64,000 nucleotides of DNA from Tubiluchus corallicola (lineage: Eukaryota > Animalia > Priapulida): positions 1,116,001 through 1,180,000 of the forward strand of contig JAQGDQ010000023.1 of the NCBI GenBank assembly GCA_030141605.1. Reading direction: 5' to 3'. This document shows positions 26,341 through 41,854 of this stretch, piece after piece. Position numbers and translations under genes: made by a program. Below the pieces are notes generated by a model that was not told where the DNA came from, ran no database searches, and was given only the letters and a program-made list of their open reading frames with translations. Each line of letters opens with the position of its first letter. Position 1 is the first letter of the stretch.

Positions 26341-28399
26341 TACAAGTCAAAGACTGATGAATGTAGTCCACAATTATGACGACTTACATCGGTTTACCAT
26401 GAGAGATCTCTAAACTCTGTCGTTGCTGTAATAGTAGTCGTGATTCTTAAAACAAGGAGTAAAACCCGTGAACGTCTTATTACCAAGCTGCAAACCGGAG
26501 TATGTAGTTGCAAAGTACCTTAATAATTAACTTTCCAAGAGTACTACAACCACGCTCGCAAAAAAGGATCTTTCAAGAGAAATCATTTTTTATACGGTTA
26601 TCAGGCTACAGATGTTTTGGAATTCATTACGGACAAAAATCTAACAATGGCCTTTGTAAGAAGCGTGAGAAGAAAAAAGGAACATTCGTCCAAAATCTAA
26701 TAAAAGGTGAGCGAAACTGAATAGACAAAGAAAAAAATCACAAATTCCAATGTTTACTTGATCAGCTGGTTTAGAGAAACGCCGTCAACACGTGTCCTAC
26801 TGTAGAAGCATACCTGGATGAAGATGAATCAGTTTTCTCCCTTTAAATCGCCACACTGTATCAAACAAAGAAATGCGATACAACGCTGTTAGACCAGTGA
26901 TGCTTACAAGCTTGCCGTAAATTCTACCAAAAAGACGAAAATTGCCAATTCGACGTAAAGAAGAGGCTTAGAGCAAATAAAATCTGATAGCTAAGTCTTT
27001 AAGTAAAGCGAATACTCCTTTTTAGAATAAGCGATTACTGAGGCTCTAATCCTCTAAAGAAAAGCAGGGAGAGAATAAGAGATGAAGTAATAATGTGAAT
27101 GAATACTTGGCAAAAGTAACAGAAAATGTTATACCAGGAATCATTGTATAATAAATGTTCTTGAATAGTTGAATATTGTTTCCAATTATGGCCTGTTATT
27201 GCGTCTAGCACTAATCAATTTAGTTGATTAATGGCAGGATAAAACAATTGAATTCTGACGTTTATGTTCATAATAGAAATTATTTGTACAATTAGTCCGT
27301 CGTATAATTATTACGAGTCTTGTCATAAAATTATTACGAGTCTGTGATTCAGTAAAAATCTCGATTGGTCCTATTAACCTTACAAAAAAATTACTAATGC
27401 ACATACACTCCCGTCGATTTCGTGGTTGCTCTAGTTGTCGGCTTATTAAACTCGTTAACTGATTGGTTAATGTATCCGCTTGATTGAGTGGCCATTTATA
27501 GTTTGGTAACTTGGTTCTTCATCATTCTTGCCCAATTGAGTGGCCTTTTACTTGGTATACTTGATTGATCAATACTGAATGTCTTCTTTTGTCTGCTCTT
27601 GAGAACGCACATAATCGCCCCAGCCCGTGTCACGTTTAAAATGTTTTAAAGTCCAACTTCTCCTTCAGTGATTTCAGCTGTCGAAATGCATCGTCAGATA
27701 GTTATTGAAATTGTAAAATGAAATATAACATTACTAGTTGTAAAGTGCACAAAAGTAGGAACATTGATGAAGAATTGCCCTACTGATACTGAAAATATTA
27801 GATCAATAATACACCTGTAATGTTTTTTTAAATAATCAAAAACTCGTAACACGTAAGGAATTATTTTTTTAACCTTTCACTTAAGAAAAAATGCTAGTTG
27901 ACTTAATTGATGCAGTAACAATTGTAATTATATGTCCACTTTTAGGCTACGATCTTTATGCTTTAAAAACCGTCCAAATTAAAACTGAATGCGATACTTT
28001 TTTATTTTAATAAAATGTAGTAACACAACTTCGAATGTTAAAAAAACCGCTAAAATGCACCTTTGTTAAAATAACTTAAGAATTGCAGTATATAAGTTGG
28101 TTATTACTGATTCTAACATCCGTAGAGAAGTTGTATAGGAATCTTATTTTTATTTTTCCTTAGCAGTGATTGTAAATGTAATTAATTAAGTGGATACGTC
28201 AGGTATTAATTAAGTTAAAGGAAAAGCATACTCGAAATTTTGTAAACTGAGCATCCATACACTTGTGCACACAAATGATATAGAAAATAAAAATCTTTTC
28301 TTTTACGCGTTAAGGTTAAATGCAAGCGGTTGGCGTCAGCTGTCATCATTGTTTCTGAAATAATTAGTGTTTTCTAAAAGCGAGGACGCTTTTATTTCA

Positions 28400-31010
28400 G
28401 AAAGGTGGGGGTAGTGTGGCGGGATTAAACCGCCTCGGAAACCACGGGCTTCATAAAAATGCAAAATTGCGTGGGCCAATCAAAGCTCAGTTTTCTAGGG
28501 CAATTTTCTCGAGCGTGTAACCTGTTCTCGTAGATTCGGGGGCAGTGCGTTCTGGCCATGTTCGGCTTCGGTTTCATTTTGTCTTTTTTTCTTGGTTGCT
28601 GTTATTAAGTCAGTAGTGATTCAGTAATTTTTGGTTTAATCCCTTGGTTTGCATTTCGACTCAACGCGTAAGTGTCAGCTATAAACTCTTGTTAAGCGTT
28701 TCATTTTACTTTTTCTTTCTTTTTTTATAATTTTTTTTAGTTAATACATGTAGTAAATTATAATCCTTGTTATCATAGACGGCATCACAGTATTAAAAAA
28801 GGTACCTCACTAAAAAGGATGCAAGCAAAAAGCACAGTAACACAGCAAATAATAAACAAGGGAGAAATTCATAACCTGTAAAAACACAGATTACAGTTAT
28901 AGAACAAAGACAGGCCTTGTAGAAACTAATGAAATGTCTAACAGCGAACCATAGCTTATGTACAAGAAAAAAGTACAAGGCTAAGTAGGACATAAACCAA
29001 AATGCAAACTGGGGCGGAAGGCAAAAGTGTAATACTATGTGAGGTGATGAATCAGAAAAACAGGGTGAATAGAATATGATGATTTGATAGTCCGTCTTGG
29101 AATCAGGAGTTAGCTTAGCTTACACGCTACTAGATAAAAGTAACTGCGAAGACATAATCACTCTTCAGCATCCAGCGAGTTAAATGTCTTGATTGTGTAG
29201 CATCGTAGTCGGAAAACCTAAATGTTAATTATTGTTAGCACCACCAGTACATATGACACGTTACAAGCAGTGCTAGCTACTGAAACTGAGAACAAACCTC
29301 AAAAACGAACAATACTGCAAGTCTTCGCGTTTTGAATGCATATTGCAAAAAAATATTGAATACGCCATTTATTTGTTTCACGAATTAAAGCAGGAATACA
29401 ACGACTCCTATTACACGAAACGTGTGAATTCACTGATAAAAACAGAGATAAAATCTTATGGATACTGATAGGTACGTGTTTCAACAATAACCTGGGCATA
29501 TAAACGCTTTAGTGATGTGACGCTTGAAAAATTTTTGAGCGTGGGCGTACAATGGAGTTGGCATAGCAACAGGTAACAACAATGAAAAGAGAGGAAGAAG
29601 CATTTGCAAAGCCGCAATATAACAACCAAATATCAACGACACAACATAAACCTGGAAATGACAACAGCACAAGCACAAAAGAAAAACACAAAACTCCAAG
29701 TAGTCCAAAAACGTGCAAAAACGTACATAACAAAACCGAAATGTGTGTTTTGTGAATAGGTGATAGATATCATAATAATGGTCTTGGCAACTGCCCAGCA
29801 AGTGAAAAAATCCTATTTGTGTGGAAAATTAAATCATTTTAGCAAAGCATTTTCTCGTAAACACAATAAAATACATTATACCTTTACAATCTATTACGTA
29901 CTGAAGAAGACATCAAACGAAAGATGTTGTCACTAGCGGCATTCTCAAAACTTGAAAATGTTTTCAGTAACAAGAACATTAGTCTAAACTGTGAACTTAG
30001 GGTCTTCAACACTTACATATCTTCCATTTTTCTATACAATTGGAATTGTACACGTTGAAAGTAAATAATCAGCTGGAAATTGATGCGTTTCAATGACATT
30101 TATACGTACCATATTGCAGATAAAATGTTATAACTAACAAAGATGTGTACAACAAAATCAAGGAAGATAGTCGGATCAGACCGTGCAAAAACGTTCAAAC
30201 AAGGGCCCCTCGTGATGAACATCAATATTGATAACCGTAATTTATATATGGAGCTGGATACGGACGCGTCTAAGTTAATTATAAGTAGAACTACATTAAA
30301 CAAACATTTAGCAAGAATGTGTCCAGTGGTAAAAGCTCGCCCAAAACTTTAAAAAATCTGATGTTGATTTAAATACTTTTGAACACTTAACAGTGCGCCG
30401 AAATTTTTTTGTGAACGTTTCTCATAATAGTCAACAAAAGGAACTTCCGCTTTTAATAGTTTCTGGCAGAACAACAACATTGCTCCGCAGAAACTGGTTA
30501 AATATGCTGAAGTTAGCCTGGAAATTTATGCACGCGGTACACGTTGAGAACATAACTTAAAACGAAGTACTAGCTATACTAGACGAACACAGTAACCTAT
30601 TCAACAACGAACTTGGCATTTTAAAAGTCATATCTATGTTGATAAGTCAGCAACACTTATGTTCTTCAAGGTGAAATCCGCACCACACGCTTTAAAGGTG
30701 TGGAACGCGAACTTGATAAACTAGAAAAACTTGACATAATTAAACTGGTTCAGTTTTCTAGATTTGCAGCACCGATTGCACCTTTCATTAAATAAGATGG
30801 CTCAATCCACATCTGTCGTGACAATAAAGTGACCATCAACAAGATTTTCAAACTAGATCCATATCCATTACCCTGTATCGAAAAACTGTACAGCAAAGTG
30901 ACAGATGGAACTTTGTTTATCAAATGTGTACTTGGAAATTTTGCTTAACGAGGAATCACAAAAACACGTAGCGATATACACACATCGTGGACTGTATACT
31001 TACAGCAAGT
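28400..31010 (+). mobile_element. Highly degenerate Gypsy (Mag-like) gag-protease-RT remnant
   Basis: Zn-knuckle-like Cys/His remnants at about 29740-29840, protease MELDTDAS (~30250), RT start FAAPIAPF..DGSIHIC.D.KVTIN..DPYPLP (~30760-30880). Left boundary uncertain. Confidence 0.75.
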
Positions 31011-31543
31011 TTTTTTTTACAACCGATGATGTAATAAGGGTTGCCGATGTATTATTACTATAATAATAGTAATGCCGAGGTTGAGAAAAGCCCCCCAGTG
31101 AAGAAGGGGCTTTTCAGAGGTTTTGAACCATGACGTTCAGTTCATAGTTTACCAGCTGCTTTAGGAGCTCCATCCAAGTCATCAGAGAGGATGCCAGATT
31201 CGAGTGAGGCGACTTCGTCAGTGGGAATAGATACTTTGAGTGATTTGAGACTTCGTGATCATAAACGTTCGCGTAAAAACTGCAAAACTCAGAGAGACTT
31301 CAGACACGTCCGCACCCTCTGACACCAAAAACCACCACCGGCTATTATGCTTTATGCCTGTTAGTCAATATATTTAATTCAATTCAGTGCATCTATTTTG
31401 CTTTCATTTTTTGGGAGTAAGCAAGATTCCAAGTTATACAGCAACGTTACTGCCCATTTTATTTTTTCAGTACTGCAACATCAAATTCAAGAAAAAGTAA
31501 AGAGCTATCACACGCTAAACTTACTAAACTGATTTTGTTACAG

Positions 31544-31747
31544 GAAACCCTTCGTGCTTTTGTTGGAGATCCAGAGTTGGCTAGTGAGGATGAACTAGAT
31601 GTTGACGCAAAAAGTCTGACTCAAGTCACCAAAATCTTTGGTATTGACAATGAGGCGGGTTTATCGGCCAATGCAAGCTGCTGGAAACAGTATAAACCAA
31701 AGCTGTGGGCGTTCCTTGACCAACCTTATTCTTCAACAAGTGCGTTG
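31544..31747 (+). CDS. Shaw: Shaw/Kv3 channel coding exon 2 (T1-S1 linker)
   Basis: Acceptor TTTTGTTACAG|. Joins exon 1 as HRDAQ|ETL and contains WKQYKPKLWAFLDQPYSS. Donor TTG|GTAGGA. 204 nt, phase 0/0. Confidence 0.92.
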
Positions 31748-31806
31748 GTAGGATGGACTTCTTTGTTAATTGCTCTAACAAACTTTTGGAATTGTTAAGG
31801 TCGTCT

Positions 31807-31807
<1 letters not shown>

Positions 31808-31846
<39 letters not shown>

Positions 31847-31858
31847 GTAATAATAATA

Positions 31859-31925
<67 letters not shown>

Positions 31926-31955
31926 TAGTATAGTAATAATAATAACAATAACAAC
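31808..31955. repeat. (AAT)n microsatellite 60 bp downstream of the exon 2 donor
   Basis: Directly visible. Source of the poly-N, poly-L and poly-Y ORFs. Confidence 0.97.
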
Positions 31956-33507
31956 AACCACACAAGATTCAAAAAATTTTATCAATTTATGTATATGAAA
32001 AAAACAAAATAACTGATATGCCCAAAATTGTGGGGCAACAAAACAGAGTGTCAAAGTTTCGTACATTGCAATGCAAACGTGCAGTTTGTTAATGCCAGGT
32101 ATTTGCTACAGATACGACATTATTCAAATTCTGTAAAAACATTTTAATTGCATCTAACTATTAAGAAAATACGAGTAGCTTTAAACTAGAAAACCCTATA
32201 TGACAAAGTCACAAACCGAAGATTCTGCAATACGTTCTGCAAATGTAATAGAATGTTGTAAAGTTATGTAATGTAGTGCAGTGTGATATATATCAGTGGT
32301 CACAGTCACAGCGCTTGCAGTGGTCACGGAACGGTGCACTTCATACGGATCGTTTTAGCTCGCGAATTTTTGTAAAATGGTGTCGGACTAAATTTTTGAG
32401 AAATGTAGTAAAAACTTTTACAACAACTGTTCTTAAATTATAAAGAACTGTAGGCTTACGTTAGCCAGTGTTCAAACAAATTCTCTTAACTGCGTTTTGA
32501 TAGCCTCGGGATATACAAGCCTGCTGTACGGTAATTATGCCAGGACAAAAACCTACTGGCGCGGCTAAAAATTGCCAAATATGTTGAAAAAGAACGTGGT
32601 TTCAGGATCATTTAGACCAAATGGGCAATACTTGTGCGACAGGCACTTCATATATGATATATCTGATTTTCTCAAACAAGCTGAAAGTTACATAGCGACG
32701 AAGACATACAAAGCGACAGCGACGCAGAATCTGAGGAGAAAGCTGATACGCAGGCTTTTTACCCCAGAAAACAAGGTAACGCTCTTCAGTTTGTTGCAGA
32801 TTCACAAATAATGAATGACTTAAAAAGAGAAATGTGTAATCTTTTGAAGCTTAAAGAAAGTGAAGCAAAGTTATGGGTTATCACAAAATTAGGTTTTGTC
32901 CCCGACGCTGTTTATATTTTTTGTAGCAGAAATGTTAACCAAATGCCTAAACATGTGGAGAAATTTTCAATATGCCGATGATGGCACGTTGCACATATCG
33001 AGTCAAAGTACAGATATAAATACGTAAACTGCTCAGAGTTGTTGTGAAAGTCCACATATATGGTGCCAGAAATGGCGACTGTTGTTAAATACACAATCTG
33101 ACAAGACAGAAGCACCAACTTCAGTTTACCAACTATAATTAATCTTTTCAAAGTCACTGTGCTACCCATCATTCTGTACGCATCTGAGGTGTGGCTGTTT
33201 AGGAAGCATAGCTTTTCGATGATTCAAGCTAAAAATATATGACTAATCTCTTCTGATAAAAAATTGCCAGTGAGAGATAATCTAAAAGTAGAGAGAGTTT
33301 AGCATTACATGCGGTACAAAAAATAGTGAAGGTAGGCTTCAGCATTAACGTTCTTTCGACTGATAACACTAAATTTGTTTATAAATTACTAGTATCACAT
33401 GTTTCAACAGGACCTACCCATCACATGTCAACCAATCAACACATTTTTTTGTTTTTCTAACATGTTTGAAAACAAATGACATCTGTCCTCTTTTATTCAA
33501 CGCATTA

Positions 33508-33510
<3 letters not shown>

Positions 33511-33574
<64 letters not shown>
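33511..33574. repeat. (TA)n microsatellite
   Basis: Directly visible. Confidence 0.97.
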
Positions 33575-33579
<5 letters not shown>

Positions 33580-34449
33580 TCATATTACCACGATTGTTAA
33601 ACTTCGTTCTTTTTTTATGCTGCTGCGTGTGAAAAATAATAGATTAGCGATGAGTGTTATCTAATTGTCTGTGCGATCGATTATCATCTTCTTCATTTGT
33701 GTACACTGTGTAACCGTGAGTGACGCAAAGCATGAAACTTTAATGGCATGTCTTATATTTCTGCCAAGCAGATATTAACATGCGTTAATTGTTAAAAATG
33801 TCATTAATATTTTACTATTGGTAATTGTCCAGGTGCATAGCTACACGGCTTGCAAATGTGACCACATCGAATTACATTATTGTTTAAAGGAGGTTAATTT
33901 GAAATATATATCAGCCATGAGCACAAAAGAATATCGCAATTATACTCTCTGTAGTCGAAGCTAAACAGTTAATTAATATACGCAGTTAGTTGGTAAAAAT
34001 TGTGTTTAATATCTGATATGCTTGAACTGTTTTGCATTATAGCGTCAATTAGCACACTTTATGTATAGGCTGTTCGTCGATGTAAGCAAATATTTGCATT
34101 GAAAATTAAAATGGAGGCAAAGATAGAAAATTACACATGATAATATCACATGAAATGATGAGAGTAAAACAGTTGGGTAACAGTAGATAGCTGAAACGTT
34201 TTGACCCTAAAATTTGCTATTAAAGGTTTAGCAACCATATTTTAGAGCATGAGGTCGTGCTTTAATAACAAAATTAGAAGCGCATCATTGTTTGATCACC
34301 AGAAACCCTAATTTTCAAGATGACGTGAAAGATGGCAACCAAATCGTATAAATGCTCACTCTCTTTTCATTATTTATCACTAGATGGAGGTTTGGAGGTT
34401 CTAGGTATCCGACCAGAATAATTTAATCGTAATTTTAAAGTTACATTAC

Positions 34450-36566
34450 AGTGCAGGCGGCGACCACCCTATTCGGTTATATTCAATTAATCGGTTCCCT
34501 GTACTATAGTGATGCTGACTTCAAAAAGTTTTGTGAAATCTCACAAGATGAATTTCGCATACTTAACTTAAACCATCAATCTTTAACTTCGAAATTTCTC
34601 AAACTTTCTACGTTTCTTAAGCTTTTGCAGACTAACGGAATCCCATTCAGTGCTATATGCTTACAGGAAACTTTGTTATATTGCAACGAAAGCAGCTCCC
34701 TTTTTAATCTTGGTGGTTATTAATCTTATTACTAAAGAGTGTACAGACTATATGCACGGCGGTCTAGCAATATATATTCAAGACGATTTTAGCAATAAGG
34801 AAATTCCTATTGCTAATTGCGATAAATCATTATGGGAACGTCAATTCGTTGAAATTTTTGGTTTAACTGTAAACAAATGAATCATATTAGGCAATGGTTA
34901 TCGTCCTCCTAAAAATCTTTTTCAATCATGCTTTGATTTTAGCGATGAATTTTCAAATGTACTTGCTACTTTTGAAAGTGTACATTTATCCATTTTTATT
35001 TGGGGCGAAATAAATATTAACTTATTAAAAATTTCTAAAAAACTTGAGTACAAAACACTTCTTAGATACCGTTTTTCCCACCCTATTACGCTTGCTTGAC
35101 CTCAATTGATAACTTTATTCGAATTGACGAAACATTTTGTAATATTTCAGCTGGGATACTTATCAATCAAATTTTCGTTCATAAAAGTTATTTTGTATCA
35201 TTCCGTGAGTGTATTCCAAAATAAAACCCACGACGTTTATCGAATTTTACAACACATTACGTGTTCAAATTGATAAGCTGAAACAAGTCTGTTTAATTGT
35301 TATTTTTTGTACGTTTATTCTAGTCATGGCAATATAAACTATAATTACGGATTTTTTAGTTTTATTTTAACTGAGTCTCACTAGATAAATACAAGCCGAC
35401 ACTTATAAACATAACATGAAACCATCGATTACCTATGCATTCTTCGCTCAATGAAAACCAAAAACCGGTTTTATGTTAAACTTAAATGTTCTCCACGTGA
35501 TTCAAACCTTTATCATGTTAGAAATGCTCACGTTACGCAATTATGAGAAAGTATTAAAAAATACCATTACTAATTCTAGGCGTCAGTATTATTCAGACCG
35601 TTTTCAATATTGTTGTAATGATATCAAAAAAACCTGGTCTAACATCAGTTCTATTATCAACAACACCAAAACCGAAGTATTATTTTCTAGATAGTTTTTA
35701 ATTAAGCGCTCTTGTATAGCTGACTTTTAATAAATTTTTCACTAGTATTGGGATAAAAATCGTAAGCGAAATTGCGCCTACAAATACCAGTTTTTTTGTG
35801 ATTATTTAACAATTCCATTTCCCAAAACTTTTGCTTTTAGACAAATCACCTGCACAAAAGTTCTTGAAACATTATAATTTTGGTGTAGAATGAATTTCTG
35901 CTAAAATTCTTAAACAAATTAGTCTTGGACTTTTACAGCCAATTCAGCTTCTATCAAAAGCATCTTCCCAAATTCCCTAAATTAATTATCCGAGAGTATC
36001 ACCCTTCTACAAGAAAGAAGCTAAGGCTGTACTTGACAATTATCGATCGATTTCAATGTGGACTTCTTTTGTTGGTTTTACCACCATTATGTACTCTGAC
36101 GATACAGTTTCTATTTCTTCTCTTGGTTCAGATGCATCCGAAATCTCAAACAACGTAAATTTTGAACTCTGTTCTATAAGTCAATAGCTTAGAGCAAATA
36201 AGTTGTTACTTAATGTCGGTAAAATTAAGTTTGTGCTTTTCCATGGCCAACGCTATGAAAAATGTTCGATCTTAATGTTAAAATCGACAACTGTAATATT
36301 TAACAAATTTCGACTACTCATTTTTAAATCTAAAGTCTAAACATTAACGAAAACCTTTTTGGACCGACCATATTAATAGTTTAGCTGTCAAAATTTCACG
36401 TTCCGTTGGAGTTAAACAAACTTAAGTGCGTTCTTCTTGAGCATGTTATACTCACATTATATCATGCTTTAATTTTGTCGCGAATTAAGTATTAGTTACT
36501 AAGCTAGGGCGAAACTTTTAACCATGATAACAACCGTACGTTCAAACTTCAAAAAAGAGCAATTAG
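34450..36566 (+). mobile_element. Degenerate CR1/L2-group LINE (APE plus deleted RT)
   Basis: RILNLNHQSL, ICLQET, GGLAIY, YRPP, DIKKTW, WLRANKLLLNV-like, KLQKRAIR at about 36545-36568. Confidence 0.8.
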
Positions 36567-39009
36567 GGCAAACTATCAAGACTTTATTTAATAAACAACA
36601 CATTTATTAAATATCAAACACAGCACGGTAAATTCCTCATCTTCCCCGATGTGCGGGCCGCAAATGTTTTTTTGCAACTGAGTTCCGAACAGATTATTTC
36701 CCTCATTAGCATTAACCAATCAGATTCCTCAAACAGCCATGACTACACACATGTAAACAATGTCAGGCGTTCGTCAACCACGTGCACATGTTTACACAAC
36801 ATCGGGCACTCACTTCAGTGCACTGTTGCCTGTTAATTGAACAGGGTAGGCCATGCTGTCAGCCCTTGCACGCGGTTGGAAAAGAAGGCTAGAAAATGTA
36901 GGTTTATTTGGAACTAATAGAAACTAGTCCTTGGGTAATTTTGGGGTGCTCTTTTTCAGGATATACTGCACCAAACCGCAGTTCATTGCCTTTCGCAATG
37001 TTCCATGGTCCAATAAGACAAAGAGGCCACAGTATACTGTTAGTGTCAGTCTGTGGGCATACATCAGGGAAATAATACGGTCAGATTCGCTTGATTAGAC
37101 TATGGTATTAACCCTTAAATACAGTACTGCTGTGAAGTCCCTCAGGAGAGATTGCGACTCTCAAGATGGCATTTGAAAAGTCACAATCTCTCCTATGGGA
37201 CTACAGTAAGTATTCATACGATTTTCATGAATTTTTCCAAAGTTCTTTCCGAAATCACTCAAATTTCTCTCGACAGTCGAAGGGTGCACGAAGACCTTTT
37301 GGGGAGGGGGGTCGAGTGGACCTAAATGATGACTTTGAGCCCTTGGCATTGCCCTCATGCCAAGTTGCAAGTTCTGTCAGCCATGTTTTTCCCTCAGTCC
37401 CACTTAGGCCAACTAATTTCAAATCCATCTTAATTTAGGTTCTTAACCCTTAGTCATAGGGTTTTGAAAAAGGGTGCTCCAAAATTGGTAGCAGGTTTTG
37501 GTGGGCACAAGCATATAAACCAAAAGGCAATCTAAGTCTTCATTTTAGAACCTTTCGGCCCCTCTGTTGGAAAATTTCGACACCTTATATTCTTGAGGAC
37601 AGCTAATAAAAGAAAAAACATTCTTTTTTCACCATGTTCACATTGAACTATTCTTCATTTATTTTCAACAATCATAACTTGTAACATGACGGAATTTTGG
37701 TCTAAGGACTTCAAACAAAATATGTAAATTGTTTGAACTCTACAGAGATCGTTACCTGATTAACTGTTAATAGGCAGTCTAGTGATTACTGGATATAACC
37801 TCAATGTCCAATCACCAAATGTAAACTAATGCAAAACAGTAAATAATTACTATACAGAAATCAACACTTTTGTAGGTTTATTGAAATTAAAGCTGCGTTC
37901 ACATCATGAAATCTAAAGGATGTAAATGACAGTGAAATTCGTTGTATGATAGCAAAATAAAGCTTTAACACTGACAAAACGGTTTTCTAATCAGAATTAC
38001 AATTTATAAGCAATATACAGGGTGTGCACAAAGTAAAGCCCCATTCCCAAGGTAATGAAGGGATAGTAAGAATGCAGGTTAGTGGGAGGCGCCATAGACT
38101 GTATTTCACCAGCAGGGTCAGTGTCTTTTTACTAGCAAGTCCCAAGCTTCACTTCAAGAAGTTAATGATCGACGTTTGGCAAACAGTTAATGTTCCTCCA
38201 GATACTAGAAAATGTAGTAATGATACATCTTACCGGCAACTTCGGTTCTGCACAGAATAAGTCTGACTCTGCATACATCAACACTATGGCATATGACTGT
38301 CTGTCCAAAATATGGCTTTGCACCTGAGATTGACATATATAGGATAGTTGACTTTGACAGAGGGTCTAGTCTACCAACATCACCAGCTACACCTACACCA
38401 AGCTAACCACTGTCGGCTCCACAATCACTTTCATGTTGTTACCAACATTTATTCACTGCTTTTTATTAACATGGCTGCTTTTAACATCCAAACGTAAGCA
38501 GCTCTCTACCTGAACTAACTTTTCTAGGTCACTGTTCTGGCTTCCACTCACTATACATGTACACTGTCAAGATGTATCTGTTTGGCATATCTAAAACTAC
38601 ATCTCCACGCAGATGTGCAAAACAAGTGAAGTTTATACGAGGAAACATATATCTTAGTTTTAACGTATTGAATATTCATCCATGATGATCATCCATTCTG
38701 TAATTCAATCACTAACAGGAAGTTAGTTGGTACAAAGGAAAATAAAGGCTTGAGCTACCCCCATTAACTAAATTAAACATGGATCTGCCTTCACTTAGCT
38801 TAACTAAAAACTCAGGATAAGAAAGTAACTGCCATCTAGTGGCAAAGTATGTCAAAAACTATACAACATAAATTGATCATTGTAAATAAGCAAATGACAG
38901 CAGACATATCATATCCAAAATGTTACTATACACCCCACCTGGGGCTGGAATAAATTCTCAACAGATTTTTCCACCAATTAAATAATATTTATTTGCTGGC
39001 TTTGAATTC

Positions 39010-39290
39010 TTACCTAGCAAAAACTTTGCATGATTTTATAAACTTTGTGCTTTTTTCATTTCATAACCATTTACGCTCTGGAAAGCGCATCTGCAAGGAC
39101 ATTTTCTTTGCCTTGGACAATTTTTCAATAGACCAGATAATGGCAAGCAACTCGAGTTCAACAAATGAGTAGTTGCTTTCAGGTGACGTTAGTTTGCGAC
39201 TCAAATAAGTGACTGGCATACCATTGCCCTCACCATCTTCTTAGGATAGGACTGCACCAAGACCCGGTTATAGATGTTTGTGACATCCTT
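39010..39290 (-). mobile_element. Gypsy RNase H fragment nested in the MULE-like element
   Basis: Minus-strand GLGAVL, PVTYLSRKL..ESNYSFVELELLAIIWSIEK. Confidence 0.75.
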
Positions 39291-41854
39291 TGTGTTGTAC
39301 TAATACTTGCTGTCCAACCTCAAAAGAACGTGCACGTGACTGTCTATCATACCAGAATTTCTGAGCTATCTGAGCTTCATCACCACAGTTATTGTTCTGA
39401 ATGCTGGCGGTACACAAGGAGTGTCAACTATACCAGTACTGCAGTGTAACTTAACACCTCATTCCAATATACAGCATTTTGTCAAACCTGAGTGTCTTGC
39501 AATCAATCTTGTACTACTTAGCAGAATGCGTCTTGCCAAGTGTTTTGGTTACATTCTACACATGCAGAAAGTCTGTGTGGTGCTTTATATTTTGGCATTA
39601 CCTGCGAGGAAAATGGGGTGACAGAAGATGACTGGACATTTGTATGGCATGGTCGCCCAGATCCAATCTTATTGCGGCCTCCACCAACCATTTTCCTGCG
39701 TGCCCTTGCAGTAGGTTGGACACCAATGGACTTTGCACCAACAAGCATTCTCTTTTTTTCTTGTTTCCAACAGCTTCAGCAACTCCAGCATACTTCCCAA
39801 AGCAATGAAGGGCAGATGCCAAGGCAGAGTCTGTGGACAATTTGGTTCACCATATTCCTTCTTGAAAGTAGCATAGTACAACCTAAAAAAGCAGAAAACA
39901 CAAAAGGTCAGAGCCTGAAGAAGTGTCAGAAACATGACAAAAGAACTTTGAAAACATGAGTGCCTAAGGCGACATTCATTACTGAGCAAGCTGCAATCGT
40001 GTCCAATTCCTACTTTCAGTTGAAAAATGTTTGTTGTCAAAATAAGAACTGGTAGCGGAGTGAAGTCACATGAGGTACACCACATTTCTTGATTCAGCTC
40101 TAGGACCTTCAGAGGAGTCTTTTGACCACGTACCAAATATTCATTATAATCAGTTCAGCTTTAATGAGGTTTTTACGTATTACTTTCAGCAGGGTATTTA
40201 TCAATAGGATACTTTAAGAGTCTTATCTCAGGAATCCTGAGATGAGGTAATCCTGTTTCCAGGGTCTGACGAGTGAGTCCCGTCAATATATCTTGCCCAC
40301 TCGGCGACTAGGTTGTGGCATACCAGTGGAGAGTAGTGTTCCCAATGTAAAACATCACTTACCTATAGCAATACATCAGGACATATGGCTCGGTTTCCAC
40401 TTTTGACCACATACTCTTCTGGATCCTCCATTTGAAGGTCAAACTTGTGCAACTCAAGTGCCTTCGATGCGGTGTAGCCATTCTCAAACAATTGCAAGAT
40501 CTTTTGTTTGGTTGGTTCTGCAACATCTTGGTGTTTGAGTACAGCAAATGCCATGATAGGATGGTTATGCCAGAACTTGATCTTGACTGTCATTGGATAA
40601 TTGGGCAGATGTGGGTCTTCGGAACTGAAATTCATAAAGAACATAATACAATGTAATTCCAAATACCATCTGTGCTAAAGCTGTTGAACTACAAAAAGAG
40701 GAGTGAAATATTCTTTCTATGCATACAACATCATTCCTTAAAAGTTGTTGGGAAAATTAGAATGGCATATTCACTTCAACAAATACTTCAAAATAGGCAA
40801 ACATTAAAAAAAGATGAGCATTCCATTTTAAAGGACACACCTCGATTTATTTTCTTCAGTAAATACATGTACTTTGCCTAGCTGCAGAGGAAACCTGAAT
40901 TACTTACCGGCATTTCCTTATATGCCCATCGATGTTAAAGAAACTTGTATTCTTGACTTTAATCTGCAACCCAGCTGGGCAATTAGTATTCTTCTTTCCA
41001 GCATGTGGCCCTTGCCCTTTGGTCTTTCTGGTCCTGTGATGGCAGAAGTAATCAACCTGGCAAATGAATGTTTAAGACACATGTAAACGATGCATCCCTT
41101 TAATCCTTCAACAACACTTGCTGCCTATTCTTCAGAAAAGGTACATCTTGACAATGGTTAAGGCCAGACAAAGAAAATACAAGTTTAGCATCAGTGATAG
41201 GAAAAATCTTAAAAGAACCGAAAAAAGAGCTTTAAATTCCATAACTAGCATCTCACACAGGCCGAACCTGACTATAATCACAATTTATATATCCTCTCGA
41301 GTTACAACACATCCAGAATCTCTCACAGGTACACACATGCGCATCTCTACTGCGCAAGCTATACAAAGTCTCACAAGGCTACAAAGGCAGAGGTTGGAAA
41401 GTATTGTGTCTCATAAGGCTACTCTAAAGTCTGGTGTAAGACGACTAAATATTCTGTTGCCACACTTGTTAACAGGCTCTTTTACACATTTACAAATTTT
41501 TTACAACTTTCTCAAAGTGGTGGACCATAGATCTAAATGATAATTGAAGACAAATGATAACATTAAAATTACTAGGCCTATACACACACAACACACTATA
41601 TGGCACACCCTGTATATTTTTAAGAACACAAATGTACGTCTACGTTTCCTACATACGATAATGTATACATGCAATTACAGGCGAAAAGCGCACACAGGAG
41701 AAAAGTAGTAGACACATATCTTTTATCGCTGTACGAAAAAAAAAATCGGTTTTGAGGTGCACAAAAGTTCTTTGTAAACAAACTTTATGTATGATTTTCG
41801 AGAGACAAGGCCCAGTGAGTGATCTATAGTCTTACACCACCACCACATTTAGCC

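Noticed and set aside
31084-31116. GAAAAGCCCC...GGGGCTTTTC terminator-like hairpin
   Set aside because: A short stem in what looks like decayed repeat DNA. Rho-independent terminators are not meaningful here.
41118-41540. 140-aa plus-strand ORF
   Set aside because: TTG start, no recognisable motif, and antisense to the MULE-like relic.
38018-41612. Tc1/mariner element defined by TA-CAGGGTGTGC ... GCACACCCTG-TA
   Set aside because: The match is only about 15 bp including flanks, it diverges immediately, and no mariner transposase lies between. Probably unrelated fragments.
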